Shown here: piece after piece, positions 47,360 to 58,382 of the stretch | Position numbering within the stretch: position 1 is the stretch's first letter | Layout of the letters: each line of letters begins with the position of its first letter | Assembly (NCBI GenBank): GCA_965226375.1 | Contig: CBDDCX010000008.1 | Location: forward strand, 1,312,001 to 1,376,000 | Direction of reading: 5' to 3' | DNA from: Longimicrobiales bacterium | GTDB lineage: Bacteria; Gemmatimonadota; Gemmatimonadetes; Longimicrobiales; Gaopeijiaceae | DNA: 64,000 nucleotides | Made by a program: the position numbers and the translations under genes | The notes under the pieces: model-generated | The model's database searches: none | What the model saw: the letters and a program-made list of their open reading frames with translations, nothing else | Told to the model about the DNA's origin: nothing

Positions 47360-48639
47360 TCGAGCTCCTCCAGGGATACCTCGCGCTCTTCGCCCGATGC
47401 CATGTTACGCACGACGGCGTGACCGCGAGCCACCTCGTCTGGACCCAGTACGATGACGTCCTTGGCCCCGGCATTGCCAGCAGATGTGAACTGCTTGCGC
47501 ACCGACTGGTCCCTGAGACCGTAGAGAACGCTCCGACCCTTGTCACGATTGGCGTGGGCTATGGAGAGTGCGAGCTCGCGATGCTCCTCCCCGATGATCA
47601 CGATGTAAAAATCCACCTCAGGGCGAGCCTCGGGCACGAGCCCTCGGTCACGGATCAGCTCCCCGAGGACCACGTCGCCCATGCCGAACCCGACCGCGGG
47701 TAGGGGGTCGCCGCCCACGAGCTCCAGAAGCCTGTCGTAACGACCGCCTCCACAGATGGCTCGCAACTCGCCCTTGCGATCGAAGAGCTCGAACACGATT
47801 CCCGTGTAGTAGGCCAAACCCCGGACGATCCTGAGGTCGAACTCTACGTAGGCGCCCAAGCCCATGGCTTGCAGCTGCCCAAAGTACCCCTCCAGGCGCT
47901 CCAACTCCGGGGCGACACCGTCATGACCACCCATGCGCGATGCGATCGCCTCGAGGGTCCCTGCCGTGAATAAGTCCAGCGCCTCGCCTGCCTTCGCGTC
48001 GCTGAGCCCCGCCTCGGTCTGAAGTCTCTCGAGGGACCGGTCCGGGTTCGCACGTTCAAGCTTGTCGATGATTGTGAACGCAGACGCGAGACGCTCCTCC
48101 TCCACCCCGAAGGCCGAGAGCACCGCGGACAAGAGGCGACGATCGGATACACGAGCCAGGATGTCTTCGGGGCCGAGCCCCAGCTCCCGGAGCCCGTCGA
48201 GGCCGACAGCCAACACCTCGACGTCGGCCGAAATTCCCTCTTCGCCCACGATGTCCACATTCCACTGGAAGTGCTCCTTCAAGCGTCCTCTCTGCTGCCT
48301 TTCATAGCGGAAGAGTTGAGGGACGGAGAACCAGCGGATGGGCTTGGCAAGGGAGCGGCCGTGTTCGGCCAGGATACGGGCCAGGGACGGCGTCATCTCG
48401 GGGCGTAGCGAGACCTCGCGCTCACCTTTGTCCTGGAAGTTGTACAGCTGACCGACGATCTCCTCGCCACTTTTCTCTACGTAAAGGGCGAGCGGCTCCA
48501 AGGGGGGACCGTCGTACTGGGCAAAGCCGTAGCGACGGGCAACCCGGCGCCAGGCGTCCAGAATATGCTCACGGAAGGCGAAGTCTTCCGGGACAAAATC
48601 ACGAAATCCGGGAAGGCGCGCAAAGATCGGCTTCGACAT
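47356..48639 (-). CDS. hisS: Histidine--tRNA ligase
   Basis: LRPEMTPS, FRYERQQRGRLKEHFQ, IVRGLAYYTG, GGGRYD.L, GFGMG. Confidence 0.96.
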   Translation of the reverse strand: MSKPIFARLPGFRDFVPEDFAFREHILDAWRRVARRYGFAQYDGPPLEPLALYVEKSGEEIVGQLYNFQDKGEREVSLRPEMTPSLARILAEHGRSLAKPIRWFSVPQLFRYERQQRGRLKEHFQWNVDIVGEEGISADVEVLAVGLDGLRELGLGPEDILARVSDRRLLSAVLSAFGVEEERLASAFTIIDKLERANPDRSLERLQTEAGLSDAKAGEALDLFTAGTLEAIASRMGGHDGVAPELERLEGYFGQLQAMGLGAYVEFDLRIVRGLAYYTGIVFELFDRKGELRAICGGGRYDRLLELVGGDPLPAVGFGMGDVVLGELIRDRGLVPEARPEVDFYIVIIGEEHRELALSIAHANRDKGRSVLYGLRDQSVRKQFTSAGNAGAKDVIVLGPDEVARGHAVVRNMASGEEREVSLEELE

Positions 48640-48646
48640 GCGGGCG

Positions 48647-48652
48647 AATCTA
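48647..48652 (-). promoter_or_regulatory. -10 element (TAGATT) 7 nt before the hisS ATG; possible leaderless promoter
   Basis: Minus strand reads TAGATT-CGCCCGC-ATG; no Shine-Dalgarno sequence. Confidence 0.45.
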
Positions 48653-48723
48653 TATCAGGCGTCTCAAAAGTACAGTGGCCGCGGGACGTCAGGCCCTCCC
48701 GGAACGAGCGTTGCGGCGGGATA

Positions 48724-50079
48724 TCAAAACACAGACAGATTCAGGGCTTCCAAAGCGTCGCCGACAGTGTGGTTCGACCCGGTCACCACAATCGTGCCCG
48801 ACCCTGCCAGCTCTCTCGCTCGCTCCAGCGCTCCCTCGAAGGTCGGACGGATTTCGGCCTCAGACCGACCCACATCCGATGCCGCCTCAATGGGATTCCA
48901 CCGCCGCTCGAGGGGGACCGATGGTGCCTGTGTGAACACGGCGTGGTCGGTGTTGTCGAGGAGGGGCGGCAGAATTGCACGCCAATCCTTGTCGCCGAGC
49001 ACGGCAGCCAGGAGGACCACCGGCCGTGGCAGGGCGAGTTTCTCGAGCACCGAAGCCAGCGCCTGAGCGCCGGCGGGGTTGTGCGCCACGTCGAACAGCC
49101 ACGTCTGATCATCGAGGCGCACGATCTGGGATCGTCCCGGCCAGCGGACACTCTCGATTCCCTCCAGAACGACCCGGGCATTGGGACGTAGGGAGTCCGG
49201 CAAGTCCTCGAGAATGGCGACAGACAGCGCGCCGTTGGCGGCCTGATGCTCACCCAGAAGTGGCGTAGGAATACGCAGCGTTCCCCATGTCCGGGTCTCG
49301 ACGGTGAAGCAGGTCCGGGTCTGCGTGATATCGAGATCCATGGACGTCGGGTCGACGGGTACGGGTCGAAATGGAGCCCCCACTTGATCGCAGACGTCCT
49401 CCAGAACGGACAATAGTCGCTCGTCGCGCTCGGCCGTAAGCAGAGGTACACCTGCCTTGATGATACCCGCCTTTTCCCGCGTGATCTGGGTGAGCGATTC
49501 GCCCAGATATTCGGAATGGTCCTTTGCCACATTGGTAATCGCGGTGATCAGTGGCGTCACGACGTTGGTTGCGTCCAACCGCCCTCCAAGTCCCACTTCG
49601 ACCACGGCCACATCCACCTTGCGACGTTGGAACAGATGGAATGCCAAGGCTGTGGCTGCTTCGAAGAACGTCAACTTGTGGCGGACGAGGTCGTCCTTCA
49701 GGTCACGGACGAGATTTCGTAACTCGCCCTCTTCCACAGCCTCTCCCGCCACCCGAAACCGCTCACGGAAAGAGCACAGGTGAGGTGAAGTGTAGAGCCC
49801 GGTGGTGGTGCCCCCTCGATCCAAGACCGTCGCCACGGTCGAAGCCACGGAGCCCTTCCCGTTGGTGCCCCCGAGATGAATGCTCGGATAGGACCGGTGA
49901 GGGTCCCCCGTGTCCCTGAGAAAGCCCTCCATCCGCTCCAGGCCCCAGTCGATACCATGGGTCAACCCACCGAACAATTCTTCCAGGAAGGGGTCACCCA
50001 TGGCGCCATCCGGGGCGCCATCGAGTCGGGCGGGAGAGCGGGGAGTGGAGCGACCCAAGGAAGGGCCGGGTCCTTTCAT
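48724..50079 (-). CDS. folC: Folylpolyglutamate synthase / dihydrofolate synthase
   Basis: GTNGKGS, YTSPHL..FRER, TFFE, EVGLGGRLDATN, EKAGI, WPGR, DVAHNP. Confidence 0.95.
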   Translation of the reverse strand: MKGPGPSLGRSTPRSPARLDGAPDGAMGDPFLEELFGGLTHGIDWGLERMEGFLRDTGDPHRSYPSIHLGGTNGKGSVASTVATVLDRGGTTTGLYTSPHLCSFRERFRVAGEAVEEGELRNLVRDLKDDLVRHKLTFFEAATALAFHLFQRRKVDVAVVEVGLGGRLDATNVVTPLITAITNVAKDHSEYLGESLTQITREKAGIIKAGVPLLTAERDERLLSVLEDVCDQVGAPFRPVPVDPTSMDLDITQTRTCFTVETRTWGTLRIPTPLLGEHQAANGALSVAILEDLPDSLRPNARVVLEGIESVRWPGRSQIVRLDDQTWLFDVAHNPAGAQALASVLEKLALPRPVVLLAAVLGDKDWRAILPPLLDNTDHAVFTQAPSVPLERRWNPIEAASDVGRSEAEIRPTFEGALERARELAGSGTIVVTGSNHTVGDALEALNLSVF

Positions 50080-50918
50080 CAGCCGATCATGTGCCGCAGG
50101 AGCGTGGCCATCTGGCTCTTCAGCTCTCGGCGATCCACGATCCGGTCGACCATCCCGTGCTGGAGCAGGAACTCGGACCGCTGAAATCCCTCGGGAAGCT
50201 CCTGACGGATCGTCTCTTCGATAACCCTCGGACCCGCGAAACCGATCAGGGCCCCGGGCTCGGCCAGATTCACGTCCCCGAGCATGGCGTGCGAAGCCGT
50301 AACACCACCGGTCGTGGGATCCGTGAGCACCGCGATGTACGGGAGTCCGGCTTCATGGAGGCGGGCGAGCACGGCCGAGGTCTTGGCCATCTGCATCAAC
50401 GAATAGATGCCCTCCTGCATCCGCGCGCCCCCCGAGGCGCTGACGACGATGAGTGGCATCTTGCGATCGAGCGCCACTCGGCCGGCACGCGCGATCTTTT
50501 CCCCGACCACCGAGCCCATGGAACCTCCGACGAAGCGGAAGTCCATGACGGCCAGGGTCACGGCCATGCCCTCGAGCGTTCCGGTTCCAGACAGGACCGC
50601 CTCTTTCCTACCGACCTTCGACTCTGCCGTCTTCAGACGATCCACATAAGCCTTGAGATCCTGGAATTCGAGCGGGTCGGCGCTACTGATGTCGCGGTCG
50701 ATCTCCTCGAAGGAGCCTTCATCGAGAAGGATCTCGACATACCTCTCGGCAGCCATGCGAAAGTGGTGCCCACAGCTGGGGCACACCTGAAGGTTCTGGG
50801 CGAGCTTCTCCCCGTAGAGAATTTCCCCGCACCCCTGGCATTTGTCGAAGACGTCGGACGGTACGTCACGCCGGTCCTCTGCCTTGAGCGGTTGTTTGTC
50901 CTTACGAAACCAGGCCAT
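50079..50918 (-). CDS. accD: Acetyl-CoA carboxylase carboxyltransferase beta subunit
   Basis: CxxC..CxxC zinc finger, [37 protein letters not shown]. Confidence 0.96.
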   Translation of the reverse strand: MAWFRKDKQPLKAEDRRDVPSDVFDKCQGCGEILYGEKLAQNLQVCPSCGHHFRMAAERYVEILLDEGSFEEIDRDISSADPLEFQDLKAYVDRLKTAESKVGRKEAVLSGTGTLEGMAVTLAVMDFRFVGGSMGSVVGEKIARAGRVALDRKMPLIVVSASGGARMQEGIYSLMQMAKTSAVLARLHEAGLPYIAVLTDPTTGGVTASHAMLGDVNLAEPGALIGFAGPRVIEETIRQELPEGFQRSEFLLQHGMVDRIVDRRELKSQMATLLRHMIG

Positions 50919-52157
50919 TTATTCGTCGTATGCGACCCTCGTCGCCAACGCAACGGCGATCCAGGACATCAGGAGAAAAGTGCCACCGTAGCTAACAAAG
51001 GGTAGGGGTATTCCCGTGACCGGCACCATGCCTACGGTCATGCCGACATTCACGAAAATATGGACCAACCAGGCTCCGAAGATACCGAAGATCACCAACC
51101 CCGCAAATGGATCGGCCGCCCGTTCCGCCATCTTCACCAGACGATAGAGAATGTAGCCGAAAAGGGTCAGCGCCAATCCGGTTCCGAGGAAGCCCAACTC
51201 TTCGCCGATCACGGAAAAAATGAAGTCCGTGTGCTGCTCGGGAAGAAAGTCCAGCCTCTTCTGACTCCCTTGGGTGAACCCCTTCCCAACCAGCCCGCCG
51301 CTTCCGATGGCGACCATGGATTGGATGAGATGATAGCCGGCCCCGCGCGGATCGACGCTGGGGTCCAAGAACACGAGAATCCGGTTCTGTTGGTACTCGG
51401 CCAGGGAATTCCACAACGGGGGGGCTAGGGTGCCTGCCGCGAGATTCGCCAGCACGAGCGCGATCGACTCCACCAGGAACAGTCGGTACCGATAGAGATA
51501 CAGAGAGCCTACGACGAGCACGAAGAAAACGGCCCAGATTCTGTTGTCGAAACTCAGGATCAAAGCGACGCCGGGGCTCGCGAGTAGTGCGAGCAGGCCG
51601 ATCGGCGCACCGGCCCAAAAAAGGGCGGCGAAGAGGATCCCGACGAAGGCGAGTGCCGTCCCGAGATCGGGTTGCAGAATCACCAACCCGAGCGGGATGC
51701 CGACGATGACCGATGGAGTCACCAGGGCCCGCAGAGTCGTGGGATCCTCGGCACGGGTTCCCAGGTACCGAGCCAGAGCGAGGATGGTCGCTAGCTTGGC
51801 GAGTTCAGCCGGCTGGAGGCGGATGAATCCGAGATCCAGGAAACTCTTCACTCCGGTGGCCGTACCAGACCCGGTGCCTACCACCAGCGTCACGGCAAGA
51901 AGAACCAGGCTCAAGCCGTACGCGGGCACTGCAATCCACTCGAACCAGCGGGAGCGTAACTGGCGCAGCGCCGTGAACGCCACGAGAGCGATCACGAACC
52001 AGCGCGTCTGTCGGATCCAAGCTCCCTCGGTAATCGGGCTGGGGATGTTCAGGACGCCTGCCGAGTAGATCATGCCGATCCCGAAGCCTGTCATGAGCAT
52101 GACGGCCAGCACCAGCCCGGGATCACCCGCCCAGCGGGCAAACGCTCTACGGAACAC
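50919..52157 (-). CDS. rodA: Rod shape-determining protein RodA
   Basis: QPAELAK, QPDLGT, QSMVAIGSGG..GKG, LPEQHTDFIF, TGIPLPFVSYGG. Confidence 0.95.
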   Translation of the reverse strand: MFRRAFARWAGDPGLVLAVMLMTGFGIGMIYSAGVLNIPSPITEGAWIRQTRWFVIALVAFTALRQLRSRWFEWIAVPAYGLSLVLLAVTLVVGTGSGTATGVKSFLDLGFIRLQPAELAKLATILALARYLGTRAEDPTTLRALVTPSVIVGIPLGLVILQPDLGTALAFVGILFAALFWAGAPIGLLALLASPGVALILSFDNRIWAVFFVLVVGSLYLYRYRLFLVESIALVLANLAAGTLAPPLWNSLAEYQQNRILVFLDPSVDPRGAGYHLIQSMVAIGSGGLVGKGFTQGSQKRLDFLPEQHTDFIFSVIGEELGFLGTGLALTLFGYILYRLVKMAERAADPFAGLVIFGIFGAWLVHIFVNVGMTVGMVPVTGIPLPFVSYGGTFLLMSWIAVALATRVAYDE

Positions 52158-52233
52158 CGACGCGCTTAACCGGCGATTGGTGAATCAGGGAATCTGGCAG
52201 TGATGGACGTAACCCCATTCGCGCTCTGGGGCC

Positions 52234-54066
52234 TCACCACCGGGCCCAGGGTGCCGGTGTGCCGGACTCCACGTGTTCGGCGAGAGTCTGTATGGAATCC
52301 ACCGGGATGCCGTACTTGCGACGGAGGTAGAAGTCGGCGGCCTTGGCGGCGATCGGAGCGGCCATCGCGGAACCGCTCCCCCCAAATTCGACCAACGCCA
52401 CGACAACGATCTCTGGCTCTCCACCCCAGGGACCCGCCATGCCCGCGAACCACGCGTGGGCCCGTTCCGGATCCTGAGCGTTTTGGCCACTTCCGGTCTT
52501 TCCGATGATCTCCCAGTGCTCGAGCGAGGCCCTGTAGTGCGCCGTACCGCCCGGCGCCGTGACCCTACGCATTCCCTCGCGGAGTTGCTCGATGCTCTCG
52601 CGAGAGAGGTTGAGCCGCCACCCTTCTCGCGGATCGGGGTCTGCCAACAGGTGCGGGGCGGGAGCCGAGCCGTCACGGGCGAGCGCCATGTAGAACTGGG
52701 CCATCTTGAGTGGCGTCTGTGAATTCGGTCCCTGTCCGAGTGCGAGACTCAACACCTCGCCCTCCAGAGGCCGGGAACCAAAACGCCGTTCCCAGAACGC
52801 ACGTTCCTCCGGAAAGATGCCCCGACTCTCCTGGGGCAGGTCGATGCCGCACTGTTCCGCGAAACCGATCTTGGTGCCCGCCTCGAGCATGCGATCCAGG
52901 CCGATTCTCATCCCGAGTTGGTAGAAGTACACGTTGCACGACTGGGCGATGGCTCCAGCGAGATCGAGGAAGCCGTGTCCCGAGGCAAGCCAGCAAGAGC
53001 GATATTGGCCGCCGTACGTCAATCCGCCCGTGCACGGAATCGGCATCTCTTCATGAGGCCCTACGACGCCAAGGTCGAGGCCGATGCCGGCCGCGGCCAA
53101 CTTCCAGGTGGATGCCGGGGGATAGAGACCCATCACGGTCCGATTGAGCAGCGGCTTCTGCGGATCCGTATTGAGTACGTCCCAATCCTCCGTGCTTATG
53201 CCGCCCACGAAATCGTTGGGATCGAACGTCGGCGCGGAGTAAAGCGCCAGGACACCTCCATCTGCAGGATCCAATGCCACCACCGCGCCCGGAAGGGAGT
53301 CTGGAAAGATGCTGTGGATCCACTCCATCAACTCCAAATCGAGCGTCAATTCGAGATCTTGGCCGGGCTCTCCCGGATCCTCTTCGATGCCGGCCAAGGG
53401 ACCGACGATGCGTCCGGTGGCGTCGACCTCCAGGTAGCGCATACCCTGCCGGCCCTGGAGCACCTCCTCGTATTGACGCTCGATTCCGACCTTTCCGACC
53501 AAGATGCCCTGCTCGTATTCGGCGAAGCGGTCGGTCTTCAGCTCTTCGGCCGTGACTTCACTGACGTACCCGATCGCGTGTGCCACCGCTTCTTCACCAT
53601 AGTAACGGCGCTTGGGTCGCATCTCGATGTAGACACCGGGAAAGCTTTCCCGTCGCTCCTCCAAGACCGAGATGGCCGCGAAGTCGGCATCGATATCCAC
53701 CAAGAGGGGCTGGTGACGACGGACCCGCGCCATGAGACGCTCGATCCCTGCGTCCGAAAGTGCGAGGTGGGGCCGCAGTCCCTCCAGCGTCTCCCGCGTG
53801 GATTCCCTGGAATCTCTCAAGACGTAAACCGCGTACCCGGGAACGTTGTCGGCGATGACTCGCCCGTATCGATCGAACACGGTCCCGCGGGGCGCCGGGA
53901 CGGCCAGGGGGCGGAACCGGTTGGACTCGGAGCGGAGCTTGTAGTCGCTGGACCGAAGCACTTGCACCCTGAAGAACTGCAGACCCAGAGTGCCGAGGAC
54001 GACCACGGCAATGCCCAAAGCGCCGTGTGCTCTCAGTCTCTTTCGGTGGGGGTGCTGTGCTCTCAC
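52234..54066 (-). CDS. mrdA: Penicillin-binding protein 2
   Basis: APRGTVFDR, YPPASTWK (SxxK), SCN (SxN), GKTG; GTG start overlaps the mreD stop. Confidence 0.95.
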   Translation of the reverse strand: MRAQHPHRKRLRAHGALGIAVVVLGTLGLQFFRVQVLRSSDYKLRSESNRFRPLAVPAPRGTVFDRYGRVIADNVPGYAVYVLRDSRESTRETLEGLRPHLALSDAGIERLMARVRRHQPLLVDIDADFAAISVLEERRESFPGVYIEMRPKRRYYGEEAVAHAIGYVSEVTAEELKTDRFAEYEQGILVGKVGIERQYEEVLQGRQGMRYLEVDATGRIVGPLAGIEEDPGEPGQDLELTLDLELMEWIHSIFPDSLPGAVVALDPADGGVLALYSAPTFDPNDFVGGISTEDWDVLNTDPQKPLLNRTVMGLYPPASTWKLAAAGIGLDLGVVGPHEEMPIPCTGGLTYGGQYRSCWLASGHGFLDLAGAIAQSCNVYFYQLGMRIGLDRMLEAGTKIGFAEQCGIDLPQESRGIFPEERAFWERRFGSRPLEGEVLSLALGQGPNSQTPLKMAQFYMALARDGSAPAPHLLADPDPREGWRLNLSRESIEQLREGMRRVTAPGGTAHYRASLEHWEIIGKTGSGQNAQDPERAHAWFAGMAGPWGGEPEIVVVALVEFGGSGSAMAAPIAAKAADFYLRRKYGIPVDSIQTLAEHVESGTPAPWARW

Positions 54067-54545
54067 CGTACGGGCTCCCACCCGATGCCACTGATGGCTA
54101 CCACGCCGAGTCCGATCAAGGCGGCGTATACGGCTGCTAGAGGCGAATTGATAAGCATGGTGTCGACGAAAGGTTCTCTCACTGACTCGCCTACCGCAAC
54201 CCAGTGCAGGAGATCCCTGCACCACTTTCCGAAGACGAGATACGACACCATGAATATGAGAGAATCGCCCACGAACAGATCCCTGGTCTTCGCTCCCGCC
54301 GCTCCGACCAGAGTCAGGGCGAAGGCGTTGGCTCCGAAGGCCAGGACCGAGAACGCGTCATCCAGGAGCCCCAGGAAGAACCCGAGACCCGATCCGGCAC
54401 CCACCCCAACTTCGCGGGCGCCGATCAGGACAGCCACGATAAGCAGATCGGGGGCGCCCTTGCCAAGGCCGAGATTGAGATGAAGGCCAAAGTGGAGAAC
54501 GACCAGAAGACCTACGACGATCCAGACCCTGAGGGAGCCCTTCAT
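54063..54545 (-). CDS. mreD: Rod shape-determining protein MreD
   Basis: Hydrophobic, PDLL, GFFLGLLDD; lies between mreC and mrdA. Confidence 0.9.
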   Translation of the reverse strand: MKGSLRVWIVVGLLVVLHFGLHLNLGLGKGAPDLLIVAVLIGAREVGVGAGSGLGFFLGLLDDAFSVLAFGANAFALTLVGAAGAKTRDLFVGDSLIFMVSYLVFGKWCRDLLHWVAVGESVREPFVDTMLINSPLAAVYAALIGLGVVAISGIGWEPVR

Positions 54546-55462
54546 GTGCCCGGCCTTCTCACTGGCACAGCGCCCTCATCCTGGCGATCTGGTCCCTCAC
54601 CGGTCTCGGACGTGGCCCCGTCTCTCCACACCTCTCCCACGTCTTCGACTCCCCCGCCCGGCACCAGCACGAGAACATGCGTGGCCTCGCCGGGGGAAAC
54701 GAAGGGTTGCAGCCAATACGACCGCCGCCATCCCGCTCGGGCTTCCGCCTCTTCCAGCACGGTGCCGATGGGGATTCCTCGAGGATACACGCCGCCGAGG
54801 GCGCTCGTCACCAAGACCGTGCCGGGCATCAGCTCCTCGTGAAACGGAATGCCGTCCAACAGCAACCGATCGGCCTCACGGAACAGCCCTCGAGTAGCCT
54901 GCACCAGGCCATAGACCACTCCATCCAACGTCATGGCACTGGCACGGAACTCGGGATGGGTCCAATCCATGCCCACAGCGTTGTTCTCTCGGGACTCCCG
55001 CACTACACCGAGCAGTCCACGCCCCATGATCACAGGCGTGTTGGCCGCCACACCCGCACGAGCGCCGACGTCGAGAAGAAACATGCTCTCCGAACCCGGG
55101 GTCCCCGGTCGGATCACACTCGCGGCCACGTAAGACACCGAAAGTCGCTCGGAGAGCTCCAGCAGGCGACGGAGCCGATCGTTCTCTTCTCCCAACGTAG
55201 TTTGATCCGAGAGGACCGCCGCCAGGGAATCGAGCTGCTGCTGTAGCACCTCTGTCTCGGCAGCGTGCACCCGCCGACGCGCGAGTCCCTCCTGGGTCAT
55301 CACGAAAGGCCGTAGGACGCTGCGGCGAACGAGTGAGGCCAATTGTTGTTGGGGACCGACGGGAAGGTAGAGCACCAGCAGAGAGGCCACGACGAACCCC
55401 AGGGCAATCAGTCCTCCGCGGCTCGGTTCCGCCCCGTCGGTTTCGTTCGTGTACGTTGGCAT
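54542..55462 (-). CDS. mreC: Rod shape-determining protein MreC
   Basis: TM helix, coiled coil EENDRLRRLL, VTSALGGVYPRGIPIG. Confidence 0.92.
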   Translation of the reverse strand: MPTYTNETDGAEPSRGGLIALGFVVASLLVLYLPVGPQQQLASLVRRSVLRPFVMTQEGLARRRVHAAETEVLQQQLDSLAAVLSDQTTLGEENDRLRRLLELSERLSVSYVAASVIRPGTPGSESMFLLDVGARAGVAANTPVIMGRGLLGVVRESRENNAVGMDWTHPEFRASAMTLDGVVYGLVQATRGLFREADRLLLDGIPFHEELMPGTVLVTSALGGVYPRGIPIGTVLEEAEARAGWRRSYWLQPFVSPGEATHVLVLVPGGGVEDVGEVWRDGATSETGEGPDRQDEGAVPVRRPGT

Positions 55463-55511
55463 AGGTGCTACCGAGCCCTGAGGACGGTTGGTCTCTGGTA
55501 AGATCCCTACA

Positions 55512-56510
55512 TTACGTGGCCAGCACCGTGCGGTACTTCCGCAGGTCGTCCAATATCCGACCGGCACCTCGCACCACGCAGGTAAGGGGCTCTTCATCCA
55601 CATGGATGGGCAGGTTTGTTTCGTGCTGCAGGAGCCTGTCCAAGCCCCGAATCAGGGCGCCTCCTCCCGTCATCACGATGCCCCGGTCCACGATGTCGCT
55701 CGAAAGTTCAGGGGGCGTAATCTCCAGCGCCCGCCGTACGGCCTCCACGACCGCCTGGATCGGTTCCTGGATACACTCACGGATCTCCTGCGAATGCACG
55801 TGGACGGTCTTGGGGATACCGCTTACGAGGTCCCGCCCTTTCACGTCCATCTCCCGCTCCTCGCCGGACTCGAAGGCCGATCCGATCTGGATCTTGATCG
55901 CCTCCGCTGTCGGCTCGCCGATCAGGAGGTTGTAGTTCTTTCGAAGAAACGTGACGATGGCTCCGTCCAGCTCGTCTCCACCGACCCGGATCGACGTGTT
56001 CGATACGATTCCCGCCAGGGCGATGACCGCGATTTCGGTGGTTCCCCCGCCGATGTCGATGACCATGTTGCCGGTGGGAGTCTCCACCGGCAGTCCGACG
56101 CCGATGGCCGCGGCCATGGGCTCCGCAACCATGTAGACCGCCTTGGCACCCGCCGAGATCGCGCTCGCACGCACGGCTCGGCGCTCCAGCTCGGTGATCC
56201 CCGACGGCACACCGACCACCACCCGGGGCTTAATACGAAAAACCCGCTTGGCGGTGACCTGCTTGAGGAAGTGACGGAGCATCATCTCCGTCACGTCGAC
56301 ATCGGCGATGACGCCGTCCTTGAGGGGCCGAACGGCTTCGATCCCCTCGGGCGTGCGGCCCAGCATACGCTTGGCCTCGAGCCCGACACCCATGATACGG
56401 CCAGACCCCTTGTCCACCGCCACAACCGAAGGTTCGTTGAGGACGATTCCCTCGCCCTTCACATACACGAGGGTATTGGCCGTACCAAGATCCACCGCAA
56501 TGTCGTTCAC
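55512..56510 (-). CDS. mreB: Rod shape-determining protein MreB
   Basis: DLGTANTL, EPSVVA, RPLKDGVIAD, EPMAAAIG, DIGGGTTE, TGGGAL. The frame is open upstream to at least 56558, so the start is uncertain. Confidence 0.96.
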   Translation of the reverse strand: MNDIAVDLGTANTLVYVKGEGIVLNEPSVVAVDKGSGRIMGVGLEAKRMLGRTPEGIEAVRPLKDGVIADVDVTEMMLRHFLKQVTAKRVFRIKPRVVVGVPSGITELERRAVRASAISAGAKAVYMVAEPMAAAIGVGLPVETPTGNMVIDIGGGTTEIAVIALAGIVSNTSIRVGGDELDGAIVTFLRKNYNLLIGEPTAEAIKIQIGSAFESGEEREMDVKGRDLVSGIPKTVHVHSQEIRECIQEPIQAVVEAVRRALEITPPELSSDIVDRGIVMTGGGALIRGLDRLLQHETNLPIHVDEEPLTCVVRGAGRILDDLRKYRTVLAT

Positions 56511-56678
56511 GGGAATCAGCCGGCCGGCTTCAAGCCAATCCTTGAAAGTCTGGGCTATCGGGGATTCTCTCTAGTGTCAGATCTTGAAGGCATCACTCTA
56601 CCATCACCTCAAGATGCCTGCAAGAAATGTGGCGTCAAGTTATTGTCAAACTGTCAGTTGCAGGATCCGGGCCACCGC

Positions 56679-57125
56679 TTATCCGCGTCCGGTGCTTCCG
56701 AAGCCGTCCGAGCCCCTGGCCGTGACTCCGAGTTCCTCGGACTCGACCACTTCAGGCGTCGCAAAGCGGTTGAAGACCAACTGGGCGATCCGCTCCCCAC
56801 GCTCGATACGCACCGCCTCGGCCCCGTTGTTCTGCATGATGATCCGTAATTCACCTCTGTAATCCGGGTCGATGGTGCCCGGACTGTTGGGAAGCGTGAT
56901 GCCGTGGCGAAGGGCGAGGCCCGACCGAGGACGTACTTGACACTCAAGGCCCTCGGGCAACTCCATATTCAAGCCCGTGGCGACCAGCCGAATCTCCCTC
57001 GGCTCGAGCACGAAGTCCTCTTCGGCGGATCGCACATCATAACCGGCGGCATGTTTCGTCGCGCGAGTCGGCAACGGAAGATCCGGATTGCTGTCGAGGC
57101 GCCTGAACCGTACGAGGTCGCCCAA
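56679..57125 (-). CDS. dut: dUTP diphosphatase
   Basis: [42 protein letters not shown]. Confidence 0.96.
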   Translation of the reverse strand: MGDLVRFRRLDSNPDLPLPTRATKHAAGYDVRSAEEDFVLEPREIRLVATGLNMELPEGLECQVRPRSGLALRHGITLPNSPGTIDPDYRGELRIIMQNNGAEAVRIERGERIAQLVFNRFATPEVVESEELGVTARGSDGFGSTGRG

Positions 57126-57129
57126 TCCG

Positions 57130-58260
57130 TCAGGCCTGCAATGCCGCGTCGAGGAAGTCCTGGACGTTGGCGCAATCCAGCCCGAACGCCTCGGCGACTC
57201 CCGGATACGTGATCTGTCCGTCCACGATATTCACACCCAATGCCAACGCGGGGTCCCGCCGGCACGCGGCCTGCCAACCCTCCGTCGCCAGGGTGATGGC
57301 GTATGGCAGTGTGGCGTTCGTCAGAGCGAGGGTGCTCGTTCTGGGCACACCACCCGGCATGTTGGCGACACCGTAGTGGATAACGCCGTGGACTGTGTAG
57401 ATGGGATCGCCGTGCGTGGTGGGACGGATCGTTTCTACACAACCACCCTGGTCCACCGCCACATCCACGATCACGGAACCCGGCTTCATCGCCTTGAGAT
57501 CGTCCTCGACGATGAGGTTGGGTGCCTTGGCGCCGTGGAGCAGCACCGCGCCCACCACCAGGTCGGCGTCTTCGATCTGTTTCCGAATAGCGTACCGGGT
57601 CGAATAAAGCAGGTTCACGTTGGCCGGCATGATGCCTTCCAGGTGGCGAAGGCGCGCGAGCGACACGTCCAGAAGCGCCACTCGAGCACCGAGTCCCGCA
57701 GCCATGAGGGCGGCGTGCATCCCGACGATGCCACCCCCGAGGATGACGACCTTACCGGGTAATACCCCCGGGACACCGCCGAGGAGCACGCCCGCTCCCC
57801 CGGAGTGACGCTCGAGGTACTTGGCACCTTCCTGCACCGCCATGCGACCTGCGACCTCGCTCATCGGAGTCAGGAGGGGCAGTTCTCCGCTAGGCAGTTC
57901 CACGGTCTCGTACGCGATGGCAACGGCCTTGGAGGCGATGACCGCTTGGGTCAACGCTTCGGATGACGCGAAATGGAAGTAGGTGAAAAGGATCTGATTG
58001 GGCCGCATTTTCTCCCACTCCGACTCGATGGGCTCCTTGACCTTCATGATCATCTCGGCCCTGGCCCATACCTCGTCCGAGGTGGGTACCAGCTCGGCGC
58101 CGGCCGCCGCGTAAAAGTCGTCGGTGAAGCCGCTCCCCTGGCCGGCCCCAGCCTCGAGCAGGACCTGATGGCCCGCCCGGGTCAACGCTTCGGCACCCGC
58201 CGGCGTCAGAGCCACTCGGTACTCCTCTTGCTTTATCTCCTTCGGTACTCCAATCAGCAT
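57130..58260 (-). CDS. ald: Alanine dehydrogenase
   Basis: [58 protein letters not shown]. Confidence 0.96.
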   Translation of the reverse strand: MLIGVPKEIKQEEYRVALTPAGAEALTRAGHQVLLEAGAGQGSGFTDDFYAAAGAELVPTSDEVWARAEMIMKVKEPIESEWEKMRPNQILFTYFHFASSEALTQAVIASKAVAIAYETVELPSGELPLLTPMSEVAGRMAVQEGAKYLERHSGGAGVLLGGVPGVLPGKVVILGGGIVGMHAALMAAGLGARVALLDVSLARLRHLEGIMPANVNLLYSTRYAIRKQIEDADLVVGAVLLHGAKAPNLIVEDDLKAMKPGSVIVDVAVDQGGCVETIRPTTHGDPIYTVHGVIHYGVANMPGGVPRTSTLALTNATLPYAITLATEGWQAACRRDPALALGVNIVDGQITYPGVAEAFGLDCANVQDFLDAALQA

Positions 58261-58382
58261 GATATATGGGGTTTGTGTGGAAATCGTGGGGTCTCATCAA
58301 CTCCAGAAACTACCAAATCGAGCGAGCTCAAGCGACCCTCCGAGGAGGCGAGTCGTCGGGCTGCGAACACCGGTGAACGCAA

